Shown: one piece after another, positions 40,790-54,969 of the stretch | Position numbering within the stretch: position 1 is the first letter of the stretch | How the letters are laid out: every line of letters starts with the position of its first letter | NCBI GenBank assembly: GCA_951406725.2 | Contig: OX597814.1 | Location: forward strand, 179,986,001 to 180,050,000 | Direction of reading: 5' to 3' | From: Octopus vulgaris | Lineage: Eukaryota | DNA: 64,000 nucleotides | Program-made: the position numbers and the translations under genes | The notes under the pieces: model-generated | Seen by the model: only the letters and a program-made list of their open reading frames with translations | Told to the model about the DNA's origin: nothing | The model's database searches: none

Positions 40790-40892
40790 TTATTCAGTTT
40801 TATTTCAAGATTTCTTGCCAATAGAGAAAGAACCGGTTTCTAAGGTGGATCCAAGCTCATATACTAATGGAATTTCAAGATCAACGGGTATG

Positions 40893-40926
<34 letters not shown>

Positions 40927-41056
40927 TGTATGTATGTATGTATGTATGTATGTATGTATTCTCATACATACAGCTGCAAGTCTCGACATGCTCTTATATT
41001 CTTAAATGATAAACTTCTGGAAAGTTTTACAGATTTTTATACTTCCAGTGATGACT
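40790..41056 (-). mobile_element. 3' end of the RLE LINE seen at 15336-15600
   Basis: Shared ATTCAGTTT..CAAGATTTCTTGC..GAACCGGTTTCTAA and AAATGATAAACTTCTGGAAAGTTTTACAGA. Confidence 0.75.
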
Positions 41057-41122
41057 TCATGTATGTATGTATGTATGTATGTATGTATGTATGTATGTAT
41101 GTATGTTTGTATGTATACATGA

Positions 41123-42350
41123 AGGATTCTCTCGTCGTGAACGACAAATAAAGGTTCAGTAAAATAAAGCGGTAATAAGGTTCTATGGACACGAATGTGT
41201 CTCTTGAGACCTGCTGGTGCCTTGCAAATCTTTTGGCAAATGAAACAAGTTGAGGGCTCATGTACTCGCGTGCTTGTGGATCATTTGAAATGTGATTTTT
41301 TTTGTTTGTTTGTTTTTTTTAGTGGACAGCAAGGCCTGCGTCGCCCCGTGCCACAAAACACAATGATAGGTGAGTTTTTCACCTAGAAGTGCAGTGTTTT
41401 GCCAGCGTGCCGTCATGCTTGCACGAAGTTGGTCCTAATGTTGGAGCAGACTTTACTCAAATCTTTGAACTGAAGACAAGCAATACTGGCGCCAGGTCCT
41501 GCGTTCTGATACTTTGTTTTCCCAGAAAGGAAAGGAAATGCTGATTTGCTTCAGATTGTTTTTTAGTTCGTCTTTGAAGTGCAAAAGTGGCCTTCTAACT
41601 GACCTTCCTGTTGGGAATTGGCCAAAGAGAGGTTGCTTCGGACTTCTGATATCACTCATTCGTAATAGATGACCTGATATCTAAGCTGTATTTTGATGAG
41701 GTAGGCTTCAATACCTGATATGCTGCATTTTGTTTGCACCTCACTGTTACGAATATGGTCACTTGATTTTATGTTGGAGATAGTACGCAAGTGTCGCATA
41801 TGAAAAGCATCGAGGTGATTGATGTGCTTTCGGTGAAGGATCCAAGATTCAACACAAAAAAGTAAAGGTGTCAGACCACCGACCTTTATATATTAACTTT
41901 CACCTTCAACGATACGTCGTAAAGGTGTCAGACCACCGACCTGTATACATCAACTTTCACCTTCAACGATACGTCGTAAAGGTGTCAGACCACCGACCTG
42001 TATACATCAACTCTCACGTTCAACGATACGTCGTGGCTGTTCCAAAGCTTATTGTAAAGCTTACCGAAAGTGAAACTAGCCTTCCTGATTCTGGTCTCAA
42101 TTTCTTAATCCATCTTAGCATCATTAGATAGGTGAAAGAGGAAATGGTTTTTAATGCCTCCCCGTCAACATATACAGTAGGGGCAACAGCGGGAGGATGG
42201 TCACGAATGGGCTGATGGACAAGCTCAGTTTTCTTGATGCTGATGGTCAGACCAAAAGCCTTCGATGCACGCGAAAAGTTGCATGTCCTCGAGAGAGTGT
42301 GTTGCAAGTGCACAATCGTCTACGAAGAGCAAACCTCGAACTGTTTGCAC
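41123..42350 (-). pseudogene. RTE/Bov-B-like LINE 3' fragment
   Basis: FSRASKAFGLTISIKKTELVHQP, SSFTYL, ESWILHRKHINHLDAFHMRHLRTI, RSPKQPLFGQ..RRPLLHFKDELKNNLK. Confidence 0.85.
41862..42032. repeat. 57-bp tandem triplication inside the RTE fragment
   Basis: Units start at 41862, 41919 and 41976. Confidence 0.95.
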
Positions 42351-42367
42351 CAAAGTCATATGTATGT

Positions 42368-42437
<70 letters not shown>

Positions 42438-42555
42438 TGTATATCAAATGGGGTGATTATAATCACCCCATTTGATTTATATGGATAATACCATACCAAA
42501 TTCTGGTGCCTTTAACTTAAGTACCATATTCATCTGAATCTAAATTTTTGCTGAA

Positions 42556-42612
<57 letters not shown>

Positions 42613-42731
42613 CTTCTAAAGTGGAGTTGGGACAGCATGTTCTTTGTCTATCACATTAACGTCTTGGAGATTTTAGGTATATTTATATTAATAAGTTCAT
42701 CTGTTCTAATTTAATTAAATTCTATGTCTTT

Positions 42732-42820
42732 GTGCAGCTGAAGATTGCTCCGCATTTTAAATTGATGTAATGATTGCATTGTTCAATTAAATAGAGTTGC
42801 ATGAAACGATCGTACTGCAT
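42732..42820 (+). ncRNA. Type I hammerhead with extended stem II
   Basis: GTGCAG-CTGAAGA-TTGCTC...GAGTTGCAT-GAAAC-GATC-GTA^CTGCAT. Stem I TGCAG/CTGCA; lies in a ~250-bp insert between TA tracts. Confidence 0.72.
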
Positions 42821-43104
42821 TACCTCTGGATATTCTTGTTGCTTATTTTGACTTATATACTATGATATATATATTCGTACGTACGTATATATGTATAAGC
42901 AGCACCAGAGCCAAGCGATGATTACACAAGCTTTAGGTTAATTAAAATTACCCTAAAGTTCGTTTTTTCTTCATCACTGCTTGGCGTAGATACGGCTATT
43001 TTTATTCTGACCTGGCAGCCCACTAGCGCAACTCTGTCTCTAATGTTGATTGTTTTTAGTTAAAGCTACGGCTTTCCATCCGCACAGGCTTGTCTCTCAA
43101 CTGT

Positions 43105-43152
43105 ATTCCCTACTGAGGAAGGCTAATGAGCCAAAAGCGCGCGTCAGGGAAT
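43105..43152 (+). ncRNA. Decayed minimal hammerhead
   Basis: ATTCCCT-A-CTGAGGA-A-GGCT(AATG)AGCC-AAAAG-CGCGC-GTC^AGGGAAT. 7-bp stem I; GAAA mutated to AAAA. Confidence 0.6.
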
Positions 43153-43285
43153 TCGTTAGAAGGTAGCACTGGGCAGGTATGGTATTTTTATACCTCTTTT
43201 GCCATATGAGAGAATTTTTCCCCACGGTAACTGCGGTGAATTTACCTTTAGAACTTTAAAAATTTGTCACAAATATATTTTAACT

Positions 43286-43635
43286 GGGTGGAAGCACTCC
43301 GTCGGTAACGACGATGAGGGTTCCGGTTGATCCGAATCAACGGAACAGCCTGCTCGTGAAATTAACGTGTAAGTGGCTGAGCACTCCGCAGACACGTGTA
43401 CCCTTAACGTAGTTCTCGGGGATATTCAGCGTGACACAGAGAGTGACAACAGAAACAGGAAGTAAGAGTGAGAGAAAGTTGTGGTGAAAGATCCCCACCA
43501 TCCCCTACCGGAGACTCGTGGAGCTTTTAGGTGTTTTCGCTCAATAAACACTCACAACGCCCGGTCTGGGAATCGAAACCGCGATCCTATGACCGCGAGT
43601 CCGCTGCCCTAACCACTGGGCCATTGCACCTCCAC
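43286..43635 (-). mobile_element. SINE family C, tail variant 2, with 11-bp TSD
   Basis: TSD ATATTTTAACT at 43275-43285 and 43636-43646. Confidence 0.92.
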
Positions 43636-44465
43636 ATATTTTAACTAACTTACAGTTCGTTCACATATGTGTTTAAAGACAGAGAAAGAAAGAAAAAGTG
43701 AAGTCTATTTAAATGCGTGTCTGTGTGTGCGCGTGCGCAGGTAGACTGAGAAGTGGGATTGAAAAGTGAGACACGCAACCACAGAAAATTTATTTGAGTG
43801 CACCTACAAGAAACTAATACCTAATTGGAAACTGGACAGACATTTTAAACATTTTTCAATTCTTTCGACTGCGACACCATTTAGATATAATTATTAAGCA
43901 AGCGAGAAATGTGTATAAATTGTTTAATTGGGACACATTTCACTAATGATAATTACCATATTTTGTTAGGCACCGACAAGAGAATAGATATAAAGTTGAA
44001 ACTCGTTTCATTAGTTTAACTATTTATCCCAGTTTTACTTCTCAAGTTCGAATTAAAGGACACGTTAAAGGTCGTTTAGTCTGATATATTTTATGGAAGT
44101 TGATGTTAATAGAAAAAGATTTATAGAATTAGAGCCAGCACGTCCACTCTGACTCTGCGAAATACAAATTATATTTTATTATCGACACAAAACAGAAACG
44201 AAAGCAGCATTCCTGCTCATTATCAGTTTTGTCAGATTAATTGTATAAAACGTAGTAAAAAAAAATTTTTTTGATAAAGTACCAGATTGTGTTTGAAGTA
44301 GTCCGAAATGTATGAATAAATACGTTTTTCTTTTAATTCTTTTTTCAGAGTGTCGACATACAGACACATACACACATGTACACATACACACATAAGTTTG
44401 TGTGTGTGTTTTTATGTATAGCTTAGTCATATTAACAATCTGGTGTTAGAACCCAATATACATAT

Positions 44466-44841
44466 GCGTAGGAGTGACTGTGTGGTAAGTAGCTTGCTTA
44501 CAAACCACATGGTTCCGGTTTCAGTCCTACTGCGTGGCACCTTGGGCAAGTGTCTTCTACTATAGCCTCAGGTTGACCAAAGCCTCGTGAGTGGATTTGG
44601 AAGACAGAAACTGAAAGAAGCCCGGCGTATATATGTATATATATATATATGTATGTTTGTGTATATGTTTGTGTGTCTTTAGTCGAGCAAATCGACTCCA
44701 GGACTTATTCTTTGTAAGCCTAGTACTTATTCTATCGGTGTCTTTTGCCGAACCGCTAGGTTACGAGGACGTAAACACACCAGCATCGGTTGTCAAGCGA
44801 TGCTGGGGGGACAAATACAGATACACAAACATATATACACG

Positions 44842-44873
<32 letters not shown>

Positions 44874-45036
44874 CGACGGGCTTCTCTTAGTTTCCGTCTA
44901 CCAAATCCACTCACAAGGCTTTGGTCGGCCCAAGGTTTTAATAGAAGACACTTGCCCAAGATGCCACGCAGTGAGACTGAACCCGGAACCATGTGGTTGG
45001 TAAGCAAGCTACTTACCACACAGCCACTCCTACGCC
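44466..45036. mobile_element. Two SINE B copies in inverted orientation (+ 44466-44676; - 44678-45036)
   Basis: Both carry GGAGTG.CTGTGTGGTAAGTAGCTTGCTTAC heads pointing inward. Confidence 0.85.
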
Positions 45037-46211
45037 TATGGCTATTCATCATAACAACAATAAACCCAAATAATCGGCCCCGCTTTTTGTAAGAAGACCA
45101 ATGCATCCGGGACACCTGTCACCGAATGTGCTTGAACCAGCGTACTGCTATGTAATTGCGCTAGTTGCGAGAAGTAGCTGTTAAATCTCCCTCAAAAGTG
45201 GTCCTATATAAATTATGCCTGAAATGCAAATGAGATGATCATAGCTACAAAACCGTTTATTACAGTCTGTTCTGCAATAGAGCCTAACCCAGGACCAAAT
45301 ATTAACACCAACTGATATGAAATATGAAACATGGAGAAAATTGCAAGGCATTACTATAGCCAGGAAAGACAGTCTATAATTGGTTGCAATTCTACGCTAG
45401 GCAACGAATCACAATGAAATATTTTCCCATGTTATTCATTAGAGAAACGTAACATGCCTGTCTCTGCGCAGCTGGATTTTGAAGTGGATTGATTAAAGTT
45501 GATCGGGCTTCTTTTTGCTGTTTTGTTTTTGTGCAGCAAACATATTTAGTATGATTTCCGCAATACCTTATAAATACAGTACATACATAGCTGATTTTTT
45601 TTTTAAATTAATGTTGCCATAATTAAAAGACCTTCTTGTGCCACAAGGAAGCAGGGTTTTCTTCCCTTTGAAAATTTATTCCACAAAAGCGCAGCCGTGG
45701 CTGTGAAGTGGAAAAGCTTGCATCAAAACCATGTGATCTTGGCATCAGTTCCTCTGCGAGGCAAACTGTGCAAGTATCTTCTATTATAGTCCCGGGCCGA
45801 CCAGGGAAAAGAAGCTCATCATACATATACATTATGTGTGTGTGTCTGTATATGTGAATGGATGAATGGATGGAAGGAGGGAGGAAGGGAGGGGAGGGAG
45901 GGACAGATGTGCATGTTTTTTGTGTTTGTGTTGCGTTTTCCCCCCATCTCCACTAGACAACAGGTGTTGGTAAGCTTGTGTTCCCGAAACATTGCGGTTC
46001 GGCAAAAGAAACCGATAGAATTAGTATCAGACTTTTAAAATGACAACTGGTGGGGGGGGGGTGATTTGTTCGATTAGACACTTGAAGGCTGTACCCCTGT
46101 ATGGCCGCAATCCAATGACCGAAAGAAATTTTTAAAAAATTAAAAGACGAAAGAATACAACGGGTCAAGAGTTATTTTGCTGCTGCTGCTGCTGCTGTTG
46201 TTGTTGTTGTT

Positions 46212-46243
<32 letters not shown>

Positions 46244-47284
46244 CGTCGTCGTCGTCGTCGTTGTGGTCGTTTATTTCCATTTTTAAACGGCTTCGAAAAA
46301 TACGTCTGAAGATTTAAAAACACGCCACACACTATAAAGATGTATCATGAAGAGCTTCTAGTTCATAACCATTATAATCAATCTTAGCATTGTTTATAAA
46401 GACCATAGTATATCTATAATTCTTCGTATATCTATTCCTGTTATATTTCAGTGAGTTGAGCGTTATATAATCTTCATGGCATAGCTTTTCATTACGATAT
46501 TCATACACTAGATTCAAAACTGGTTTTCTCTTTTTCTGTATTAAACGAAATCTTTTACTGTCTTCCACGGGTTCTTTGCATGAAACCAATTTCGTTGGTA
46601 CTGTACAGTCTAAATAGTCTGTCATTGAATCGAAATTTGCGGCTTATGAATATTTTATTTAGTTTGTCTTAATAAATAGAATTTCTGTAGACAGTTAATT
46701 TTGTATTATACGAAGATAATACTTATTGGTGATGTGTCAGTTTTGCTGACAACTGTACTTAGAATTTCTGGATATTGCTAAAGTGTAATTGTAGATGAAC
46801 GTGTGGAAATATTGATTTGTTTTGATTAGACACAGATCAAATTTTGGCGGCTGGTGGGGAGGGGGGTGAGTGTATAGACGATCGATATTCTGTGGTATAC
46901 TAATATACCATAGTATATTATGCATTTTTGTATTGCTTTTACTTTATTTTCATTTTTATTTCTTATTTTTATCGGCGAGGATGAAATTTGACATCTGTGG
47001 ATTTTGAACTCCGAGCTTAAAGAATGAGTATAAATAGTAAAAAAGCATTTAGTCTAGCGTTTTACATTTTCTGAAATTTTGCCAATATTGAATTTTCCTT
47101 TGCTTTTTTTTTTTTATTATTTTTATTCGTATTTGTATGATAGAAGACTAAGACTTTCACAAAGAAGTCGGTCATTTGGTAAAATCGTTAGAGCTTCAGA
47201 TAAATGCCTCGGGGCGATTGCTGCTGCTCTTTCTGTTTTGAGCGAATTTCGACAAAGCAAATGGTCAGCATTTCGGAAATATAT

Positions 47285-47499
47285 ACTCTTTTACTTGTTT
47301 AAGTTATTTGACTGTGGCCATGCTGGAGCACTGCCTTTAGTCGAACAAATCGACTCCAGGACTTATTCTTTGTAAGCCTAGTACTTATTCTATCGATGTC
47401 TTTTGCCGAACCGCTACGTTACGGGGACGTAAACACACCGCCATCGGTGTTGGGGGGAAAAAAGCACAGACACACAAACATATACACACACATACATAC

Positions 47500-47551
<52 letters not shown>

Positions 47552-47710
47552 GACGGGCTTCTTTCAGTTTCCGTCTACCAAATCCACTCACAAGGCTTTG
47601 GTTGACCTGAGGAAATAGTAGAAGACACATGCCCAAGGTGCCACGCAGTGGGACTGAACCCTTAAGCAAGCTTACGTAAGCAAGCTACTTACCACACAGC
47701 CACGCATACG

Positions 47711-47712
<2 letters not shown>
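47285..47712 (-). mobile_element. SINE family B
   Basis: Full-length match to 62293-62761. Confidence 0.88.
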
Positions 47713-47781
<69 letters not shown>

Positions 47782-48635
47782 AGGCAATCATGTACTGGAT
47801 TCGATTCTTCTCTCTCTCTATGACTCCCTCTCTCCACCCCTTTCATTTCGTTCATCAAGATCTGCACTGTGTGGCGGTCTTGACGGACTACTAATTTTGT
47901 TCCTTGCCTTTAATAAACATTTGTGAGAAAAGAAAACCTTTAGAAACGTAAAAAAAATTAACAAATTCTCTCGGCTATCACCCTACGTTTATTTAGTTCA
48001 AAACTACGGAATTGTCATTGTTTGAATACTTTTGAATACCTTTGATCACTGTTCTGCACGATCAAAGCCGTCCTTGAGCAAAACAACGACTTGTAAGCTT
48101 TCATAAGAAATTAATATTTACTCATCTCTGCGTTTGCGGCCATGGACAGACCGGAATACTATAAATAAACGAAACGTTTTTTGAACTCGTTGAAACCTGA
48201 GAAACGAATTTGCTTAAATCAATTCAAATATATAACACTGAAACTTATATTAATGACCAAAGAAGCGTTAAAATCAAAGTCGACTCCAATGAGGTTAAAT
48301 ATAGAAAGGAATTTAGTTAAGTGCTTGTTTGCTTAACTCTCCGGAATAAGTGTGTGCCTGGGTGCGCGTGTGTGTCTCTTTTATTCGTATTCTACCTAGA
48401 AGGACGGAATTGGTTTCTAACAAAGAAACAAAAAGCTCCATTTTTTTTTTTTTTTTTTTTTACAGTTCCACTTTCAGATTGTATCAGTAAAATTCGTGTT
48501 AGCCGCTCTCTTTTATTGTTAAAATATCCTAGCTTTTTTTACAGAGCATTGCAAAGACATTTTCTAACATAAATAATGATTAATGGCATAAATGTGAATT
48601 TGTGTGTATGTAGGAACGTATGTAGATAGGTACTT

Positions 48636-48798
48636 ACGTATGTATGTATGTATGTGTGTATGTATGTGTGTATGTACGTATGTGTGTGTGTATGTATGTA
48701 TGCATGTATGTATGTATGTATGTATGTATGTATGTATGTATGTATGTATGTATGTATGCATGTGTATGTATGTATGTATGTATGTATGTATGTATGTA

Positions 48799-48831
<33 letters not shown>

Positions 48832-49169
48832 ATGTATGTATGTATGTATGTATGTATGTATGCATGTGTATGTATGTATGTATGTATGTGTGCATGTGTA
48901 TATATGTATGTATGTATGTATGTGTGCATGTGTATGTATGTATGTATGTATGTATGTATGTATGTGTGCATGTGTATGTATGTGTGTGTGTATGTATGTA
49001 TGTATGTATGTATGTATGTATGTATGTATGTATGTGTGCATGTGTATGTATGTTTGTGTGTATGTATGTATGTATGTATGTATGTATGTATGTATGTATG
49101 TGTGCATGTGTATGTATGTATGTATGTATGTATGTATGTATGTATGTATGTATGTATGTATGTATGTAT
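48636..49169. repeat. Long (TATG)n-based compound microsatellite (others at 15060-15330, 52850-53200)
   Basis: Directly visible. Confidence 0.97.
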
Positions 49170-49314
49170 TGGAATGTAGACAGAAAGTCCGATTTTTTGT
49201 TTTTGTTTTTTTATGAAATAGCTCATTCTTGCACACTTTTTATGATTCCATACATTGGCGTAAGGTCACAAATTTGAGTAGGAAGTGGTTGACCGAAATA
49301 CTATTTATTATATA

Positions 49315-49408
49315 GGCGCAGGAGCGGCTGTGTGGATAGGCACAGGAGTGGCTGTGTGATAAAGAAGCCCGTCGTATATATGTATATATATATATATGTA
49401 TGTATGTG

Positions 49409-49488
<80 letters not shown>

Positions 49489-49692
49489 TGTGTCTGTGTT
49501 TGTTCCCCCAACATCGCTTGACAACCGATGCTGGTGTGTTTACGTCCCCGTAACATTAGCGGTTCGGCAAGAGAGACCGATAGAATAAGTACTAGGTTTA
49601 CAAAGAATAAGTCCTGGGATCGATTTGCTCAACTAAAGGCAGTGCTCCAGCATGGCCACAGTTAAAATGACTGAAACAAGTAAAAGAGTAAG
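49315..49692 (+). mobile_element. SINE family B with duplicated 5' tip and internal deletion
   Basis: GGCGCAGGAG.GGCTGTGTG twice, then a jump to AGAAGCCCGTCG; 3' half intact. Confidence 0.85.
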
Positions 49693-50732
49693 AGAGAGAG
49701 AGAGAGAGAGTATTAAAAAATTGCATTCGAGTAATATTTGAGGAAAAGCCTTCACTTTTATGATTCTAAATGCATTCTTCGTTTCATAAATAGTGGGCGT
49801 GCCTAAATAAGTGATTCCATATATTGGTATTAGGCCAATAAGTTGGAAGTGGGGGGCCGAAATATTATTCATTATAACGATCCCAACAAGCTGAAAGGCA
49901 AAGTCGACAATGGCGATGATTCGAAAACATGCATGGAGGTGAAGTCGCTGATCTGGCAGAGTCCGTAGAGTGGCAGTCGAAATATTTTGCACTACTCATT
50001 TCGGTTCATTGTGCTCGGCGTTCAAATCCCGCCAAGATCAACTTTGTTTTTCATCATTTTGGGATCAATAAATATGGCACCAGTCCATAGCAGTGGACTG
50101 ATGAAATCAGAGTATCAGATAGGATGTCCTACGGCATTTTTTTTAAAGTTGAAATGCCTTTGTAGACAACATAACTGGTAGACCTAATCCGTAGTTCAGT
50201 TTAACACCACCACTTGGATTTTAAGTGCAAGTATTTAAGCCTGACCTCCTGTTTTAGTATATTTTCATCTTTCTCCCCTAGGTAGAAGGATCTAAAAGGG
50301 GTCGTGACTAAGCAATAAATCGGAAATTCCACAGACTATTTTAGCTAACACTACCGATTCTGTGATCCTCTACTTTTCGGTAACAAGTCAAATTTCTTCA
50401 TAATATAAAATCCCATTTTTGGAGGAGAGTATAAATGATTATATAAAGCTGCGAATTGATCGAGTCTTTATAACATTGGATACATTGCCCGCCAGTATCC
50501 CGTCCAGCACTATGTGTCCTAAGTTCAAATACCACCGAGGATGACATTGTCATTCAATTTCGTGTTCGATAAATGAAGTATCAAGCCAAGGATCGGTATT
50601 CACCTTCATTTTCTTCATCTCTCTCTCTCCCTCTCCCTCTCTCTTTCTCTCCCCCTCTCTCTCTCTCTCTCATTCGTTTACTTGAGGAAATCGCTTGTGG
50701 TCAAACAAGAGGAAAGGGCTGGGCTCCACTAA

Positions 50733-50768
<36 letters not shown>

Positions 50769-50820
50769 ACATATATATGTGTATGTATATATATGTATAC
50801 TATACATACATATATATATG

Positions 50821-50865
<45 letters not shown>

Positions 50866-50941
50866 GTATGTATGTATGTATACATACATATATATATGTA
50901 TGCATGTATGTATATATATATATATGTATGTATGTATATGT

Positions 50942-50987
<46 letters not shown>

Positions 50988-51069
50988 GTATGTATGTATG
51001 TATGTATACATACATATATATATGTATGCATGTATGTATATATATATATATATGTATGTATGTATATGT

Positions 51070-51121
<52 letters not shown>

Positions 51122-51442
51122 CGTGGTATAAATATATATATATATCTAACGTGGTATAATTATAAACAGAGCAAAATTTTAGTCATTTCTCCGCAGACTG
51201 AAAAATCGATGAACAACTTTAATCAATTTTCAAACCCTAGTGGGTCCTTTGGTCGTCTCGAGACTATAGTAAAAGACATTTGCCCAAGGTACCACGCAGT
51301 GGGACTGAACCCGGAACCATGTGGATTGGGAAGCAAGCTTCCTACCACTCAGCCATGCCATTTATGTATGTGCATATATATATTACGTACACGCACACAC
51401 ATATACATACAAGTATGTATGTATAAATGAACACATACAAAC

Positions 51443-51504
<62 letters not shown>

Positions 51505-51664
51505 TCCTACATGGGAACGGCATCATAAACTTCAAGGGTCAGAATAGAAGATGAAAGCAAAGCGGCAACTTTATTTTGGTCCTTTATAGAATCCGGGTAC
51601 TTTAAAGACGTGAACAACCAAAGTGCCTTAACAATATATAGCCGAATTTTATGAACTTTATACC

Positions 51665-51894
51665 TATTTATTTACTACCCGCAAGGGGCTAAACACAGGG
51701 GGGACAAACAAGGACAGACAAACGGATTAAGTCGATTACATCGATCCTTGTGCGTAACTGGTACTTAATTTATCGACCCCGAAAGGATGAAAGGCAAAGT
51801 CGACCTCGGCGGAATTTGAACTCAGAACGTAGCGGCAGACGAAATACGGCTACGCATTTCGCCCGGCGTGCTAACGTTTCTGCCAGCTCGCCGC
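51665..51894 (-). mobile_element. SINE family A, full monomer with 14-bp TSD
   Basis: TSD ATGAACTTTATACC at 51651-51664 and 51899-51912. Confidence 0.93.
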
Positions 51895-53800
51895 TTTAAT
51901 GAACTTTATACCATCAGATATGAACAATTAACTCGAAACCGGTGACTATTTGAAAATAAATTGTTAGGGGACGTAACTTTACACCGCAAGGTATTTTGAT
52001 CGACATACCTTTAAGCCTATAATCCGCCACTATCACAATAAACATCTTTTCACTGTTAAGTAAATATTCATTTGACAGTATTTTCTGCAATTTATTTAAA
52101 CTGTTTAGTATCTGAATGTTCAAAGTAATATGTATGATAGTACATCGCAAAGTGGAAAAGTGAGCTTCTCCATTTAACTAAATTCCATATTTCTTTCTAT
52201 GACATCATGTATTGTATCGCAAGTGGCATTCTACAAATCGTTCTTAATATTTCTGTAGCCCTTGCCTAAGAAAGAAAGTTTAATATAACGACTTACTTTT
52301 CTTAAAGTCAATCGTTCCATTAATATTTTTAACGATTTTTAGACTGCCTATAACAATCGTTTGAGTAAATAATACTGGAAGATAATCCAAATTAAAATAA
52401 ATAAATTTATCATCTAAGGGAGATAATAAAGCAATAATGTTATGAAGAGTTAATTCCCTTCTCATTTTTATTATTTTTCAGAAGCAGATAAATTACTTGA
52501 TAAAGTATGCTTCCTGTGTAAAATACTACTGTGGCTTCAATGATGTTATATAACACATAATAATTTCCATACGTGTTTAAATTTACTTATCACGAAATGT
52601 ACAGATATAAAATGAATACGTGAAATAGATAGAATTAAGAGGACACTGCAACTTTCTTTAATATGAATGCAAAATATATGTGAGGGCTTGAAGAATTCTA
52701 TAAGCTTTCATATGAGCATAAGCGCAGGCTTCGCGTTGTCTAAAATATTTATTGTACAATAAAAAGTAGATCAACAACGAATTTAGATTTATCTAATCAT
52801 TTCTAGTCATTATCAAAAACATTAGTGTGTGACTACGTCTAAGCAGATACATACATGCATGCATGCATACATACATACATACATACATACATACATACAT
52901 ACATACATACATACATGCATACATACATACATACATACATACATACATACATACATACATACATACATACATACATACATACATACATACACGCATGCAT
53001 GCATGAAGACATACATATACACACACTCGCACACGCACACATACATACATTTGTGTGAGTGAGATTGTTTGTTTGTGTGTGTATGTATGTATGTATGTAT
53101 GTATGTATGTATGCATGTATGTATGCATGTATGTATGCATGTATGTGTGTGTGTGTATGTATGTAAGTATGTATGTGTGTGTGTGTGTGTGTTTGTGTGT
53201 GTGTAAGCATGCTTGCATGCAAGGTTGGATGAATGGATTGATAGTTTTGGATCTATGGGTCAATGGATAGATCGATGAATGGATAAATGTTCATACATGG
53301 TTCAGATGCTTACTTCAGAAGCAAGTTTTCTCGTGCCCCCCCCCCCCCAATGGCCTGTGACCGGGGCAACTGATTTTGTCGATCAAGCTGATTTTGAGAG
53401 TGAAATGGAGGAGACGAAATTAATACAGAAACTCGTTAGACCGAATGTAGCTGCTCTTGAGTAATGTACTTAATCCGTTGTCCGTTTTAACTTCACAACT
53501 TGTCGATCGGGAGCAATTAGGGTGGGGGGGCTGTAATTTACAAACATTTGGATGATGTTAGTTTAAAAATAACCCATACCTTTCTCCACCACAGTCAGTC
53601 TCGAAGTAATACGTACAGTGCCTATGATCATTTTTCAGAGCTTCCTAGACGAGTAGGGGAGAGAAATGAAAGTATACTAAAACAGGAGGGTTTAGTATAG
53701 ATTTTTGCAACTAAAATCCAAGTAGTGGTTTAAATTGGCCAGCGGATTAGGTCTACCAACTATGTAGGCTACAATGGCATTTCAACTTAGAACAAATACC

Positions 53801-54013
53801 TATTTCTTTACTACCCACAAGGGGCTAAACACAGAGAGGACAAACGGATTAAGTCGATTATATCGATCCCAGTGCGTAACTGGTACTTATTTAATCGACC
53901 CCGAAAGGATGAAAGGCAAAGTCGACCTCGGCGGAATTTGAACTCAGAACGTAGCGGCAGACGAAATACGGCTACGCATTTCCCCCGGCGTGCTAACGTT
54001 TCTACCAGCTCGC
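53801..54013 (-). mobile_element. SINE family A, monomer with 15-bp TSD
   Basis: TSD CTTAGAACAAATACC at 53786-53800 and 54014-54028. Confidence 0.93.
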
Positions 54014-54969
54014 CTTAGAACAAATACCGCAAGGCATCCTATCTGTTACTTTGATTCTGCGCAGAAACTACATGAACTGCTAAGAGATTTTTGCTCTCTC
54101 TTGTTTCCAATGTTAGAAACTCTTCCAATGTCATCAACAAATATATCACAGCACACGGTTTCAGTGGGGTGGAGCGAGGATTTAATTCGTTTTCACTGCA
54201 GAAGGATTCCGCTTGTGATCTCTTATCAACTAGCCACTTTGAACTGGGTTCTGCTGCTATACCTGAGATTTTAGTCGTGATTAAGAGACTCGAATTTATT
54301 CCACTCCATAGTGTACTGAATAGCCATCAGAAGCATTAGTGGTTTATATCCTTTCGTTGACACTACTCTGAGTTTATGTCCGTAGCGAGAATATTCAGCA
54401 ATCACCCAGTGTCGCGATACGCTAGAATATTACCCATGTAGTCAACAAAATCTGACAAATAACGACTTAGCGTCGAATAGGCTCTAGCATTGATCTCATC
54501 TTTTGGTGCGCTACTTTCTGAGGCTGTCAAACAGCATAAATTCAACACATTGTGACTACTAAACAGAGAGCTTCGGGATGCAGCAGAGAGAACATTGAAA
54601 GATATTGCATGAGTTGGCCAACAGAGACGGTGGACAGCAACTGACAACACAAAGGCAATAAATAGTCGAAGGACAAATGACATTAGAAGTCAGTAGCTGA
54701 CAAGCAACAAACAACACTGCTGTTATAACTACAATAAGAACAAAAACTCTCTCGGTGTTACGTCATTCTTAGTAGTGACAACATTCGTCTTTTGTGTATG
54801 AAAATAATACAATTTCGTTGAAGAAAAATCTCAACAGACTTCAGTGTTCTTTGTACATGTCTAAGACATATGAGTCTCAGGATCCTAGTCCTTTTATTTG
54901 TAAAGAGATAAAACAAGAGGAGAACGGTCTTTCGCTGCTACCAGTGACACCACAATAAGGTCTACAAGA

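Noticed and set aside
50262-50330. Polypyrimidine tract plus TAG acceptor-like site
   Set aside because: No supportable reading frame or donor; cannot call an exon without transcript data.
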